Assembly (NCBI RefSeq): GCF_000143415.4 | Contig: NW_003314312.1 | Span: forward strand, 315,261 to 379,260 | Source: Selaginella moellendorffii | Lineage: Eukaryota; Plantae; Lycopodiophyta | DNA length: 64,000 nucleotides | Direction of reading: 5' to 3' | Part shown: in pieces, positions 62,521 to 64,000 of the stretch | How the letters are laid out: every line of letters starts with the position of its first letter | Position numbering within the stretch: position 1 is the stretch's first letter | Made by a program: the position numbers and the translations under genes | The notes under the pieces: generated by a model | What the model was told of the DNA's origin: nothing | Seen by the model: the letters and a program-made list of their open reading frames with translations, nothing else | Databases searched by the model: none

Positions 62521-63501
62521 ATGGAAAAGCAACGCGATGTGCGGCGAGAGGTCTTTCTTCGTACCGAATGCCCTACAGACTTCTGGAGCAGCAGAACTGT
62601 TTTATTCATTCGCGATGCCTACATCTGCGACGCATCCGCAATCGCCAGGATCGCCGCCGCCGCCTTGCGCAAGCGAGACCCAGTAGCGCAAAGGCTAAAA
62701 GGTTTCTTGCACTACACCCAGGTCGCCAAGATCCGGATCAAAGGCATGCTCCCCTGCAATCCCAGGTATGGCTTCGTGTCCGTGAAAGACGACGTCAAGG
62801 TGGAGCCTTTCATACCAAACTGTAAGTTTTTGGAAGTAACAAATTTGTCTAGAACAATAGTTCAGGGACTTTTTCCAGGAGGACTGTGGTGGAATCTCTC
62901 CAGTGTTTGTGCCAGAGACGGGCTAGCCACACCGAAGGAGCGCGTCGTCTTTGTCACCGCCAACGCCACCGGTTCTACAAGTACATCTCCTGCGAGCAAA
63001 GCTTGCGGGCGCTGGGCGTGCTCATAGAGGAGAGCTTTCGGCCGCTAGCCCCTGCAGACACGGTGTTGCAGACTTCTACAAATGCCCACGTCCGTGCTGG
63101 ACTCGTTTGTCTGCGATGTCACTGCGTATGCCAAGATCAATGCGGCGGCGGCGGCTGGAGAGGATCGCTTCTTGCGCCGGATGGTGGTGAGAGCTGGGCA
63201 GTTCTACAAGCTTTCCCCCACAGAGAGGCTGGACAACGAGTGGAAAGTTTGGGCTGTCAAGCATGGCGACGGCATTCCAAGCGTGGGGGAGCTCGAGAAA
63301 GCTGCCAGGGCGGTGTTTGATCGTGGCGATGGTCAGCTGCAGCGGCTGCTTGAGCCGTCGATGCTGGAGAGCTTTCGAGACTTTGTGTGCTTGGATAAGA
63401 GGGAGTACGACGAGTACCCGGTGGTGGCGAAGCAGCTCGTTATCTTCTGCACCGGGAACTCGGAGTTTTCCGCGAGTTTTTTGGTTGACACTATCAACTA
63501 G
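62521..63501 (+). pseudogene. Unrecognised, probably lineage-specific gene with apparent frameshifts
   Basis: GC-rich, coding-like ORFs in shifting frames with a GT donor at 62822. No family recognised. Confidence 0.4.
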
Positions 63502-64000
63502 AGGCGACTGGTGAGGGTGGTGAAGGATGTCGTTGGTCGTCGCCCAAGTGCCCAGGGACCGGATGTTTGTGTTTCGAGCCTGGGACAGGGACCAAGTATT
63601 CCTTGAGGATCCAACCAGGCCTCATGTCTTTCAAGCGGCTCCGAGTAAGCACGCTTTGGCCGTGGTGGTGATGGGGCTGGGCATGCATTCTTCGTTACGA
63701 TGTTCTCGGCCTATCCAGAGAGACGGCGTCAACCTCTCACACAGCAGGAAGAACGCATCCATCTGAGCGGAGCTCCGGCTCTAGAGCCCAAGACTGGTGG
63801 TATCGAGCTCCGGCTCTATCCTCGCTAAGGATAGAGCTGGTACCGAGGCTCCGGCTCTCCAAGGTTGTAGCGGTTCCTTTCGAGCGACCAAGATAGTCGC
63901 GGTGCATTGATTTTTGTTGGCGGAGCATTGTGATCGTTCCCCTCGTATCCCGTATGGACCCCTGTTGAAGTACTTGCCCGCTTCCTCTAAAAACCGAGTG

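Overview
Eukaryotic plant nuclear DNA, most likely a lycophyte such as Selaginella. This is inferred from the short (~50-70 nt) introns, tightly packed genes and intronless PLS-class PPR genes built from ~31-aa repeats. The left third (1-21.4 kb) is a rearranged, TE-rich block. It holds a duplicated head-to-head PPR gene pair with reciprocal gene loss, decayed Copia LTR retrotransposons (one cut by a ~1.1-kb inversion) and two solo LTRs of one family. It also holds a defective Helitron carrying a captured Shewanella-like phosphatase fragment, a nested solo LTR and a 5S-rRNA-bearing Cassandra-type TRIM whose two LTRs have different 5' ends. The right two-thirds is gene-dense: F-box/kelch, PPR, ENT, UNC93-like, bacterial-type PEPC, WIP zinc finger, NF-YC, NDUFS6, LOG2-like RING E3, RS-rich protein, DHAR, Smr protein, FRA10AC1 and a large USP8-dimer-like/coiled-coil protein. 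It also contains a candidate multi-exon lncRNA, a foldback MITE and an orphan ORF. All calls come from reading the sequence; no searches were run, and exon boundaries are hand-inferred.
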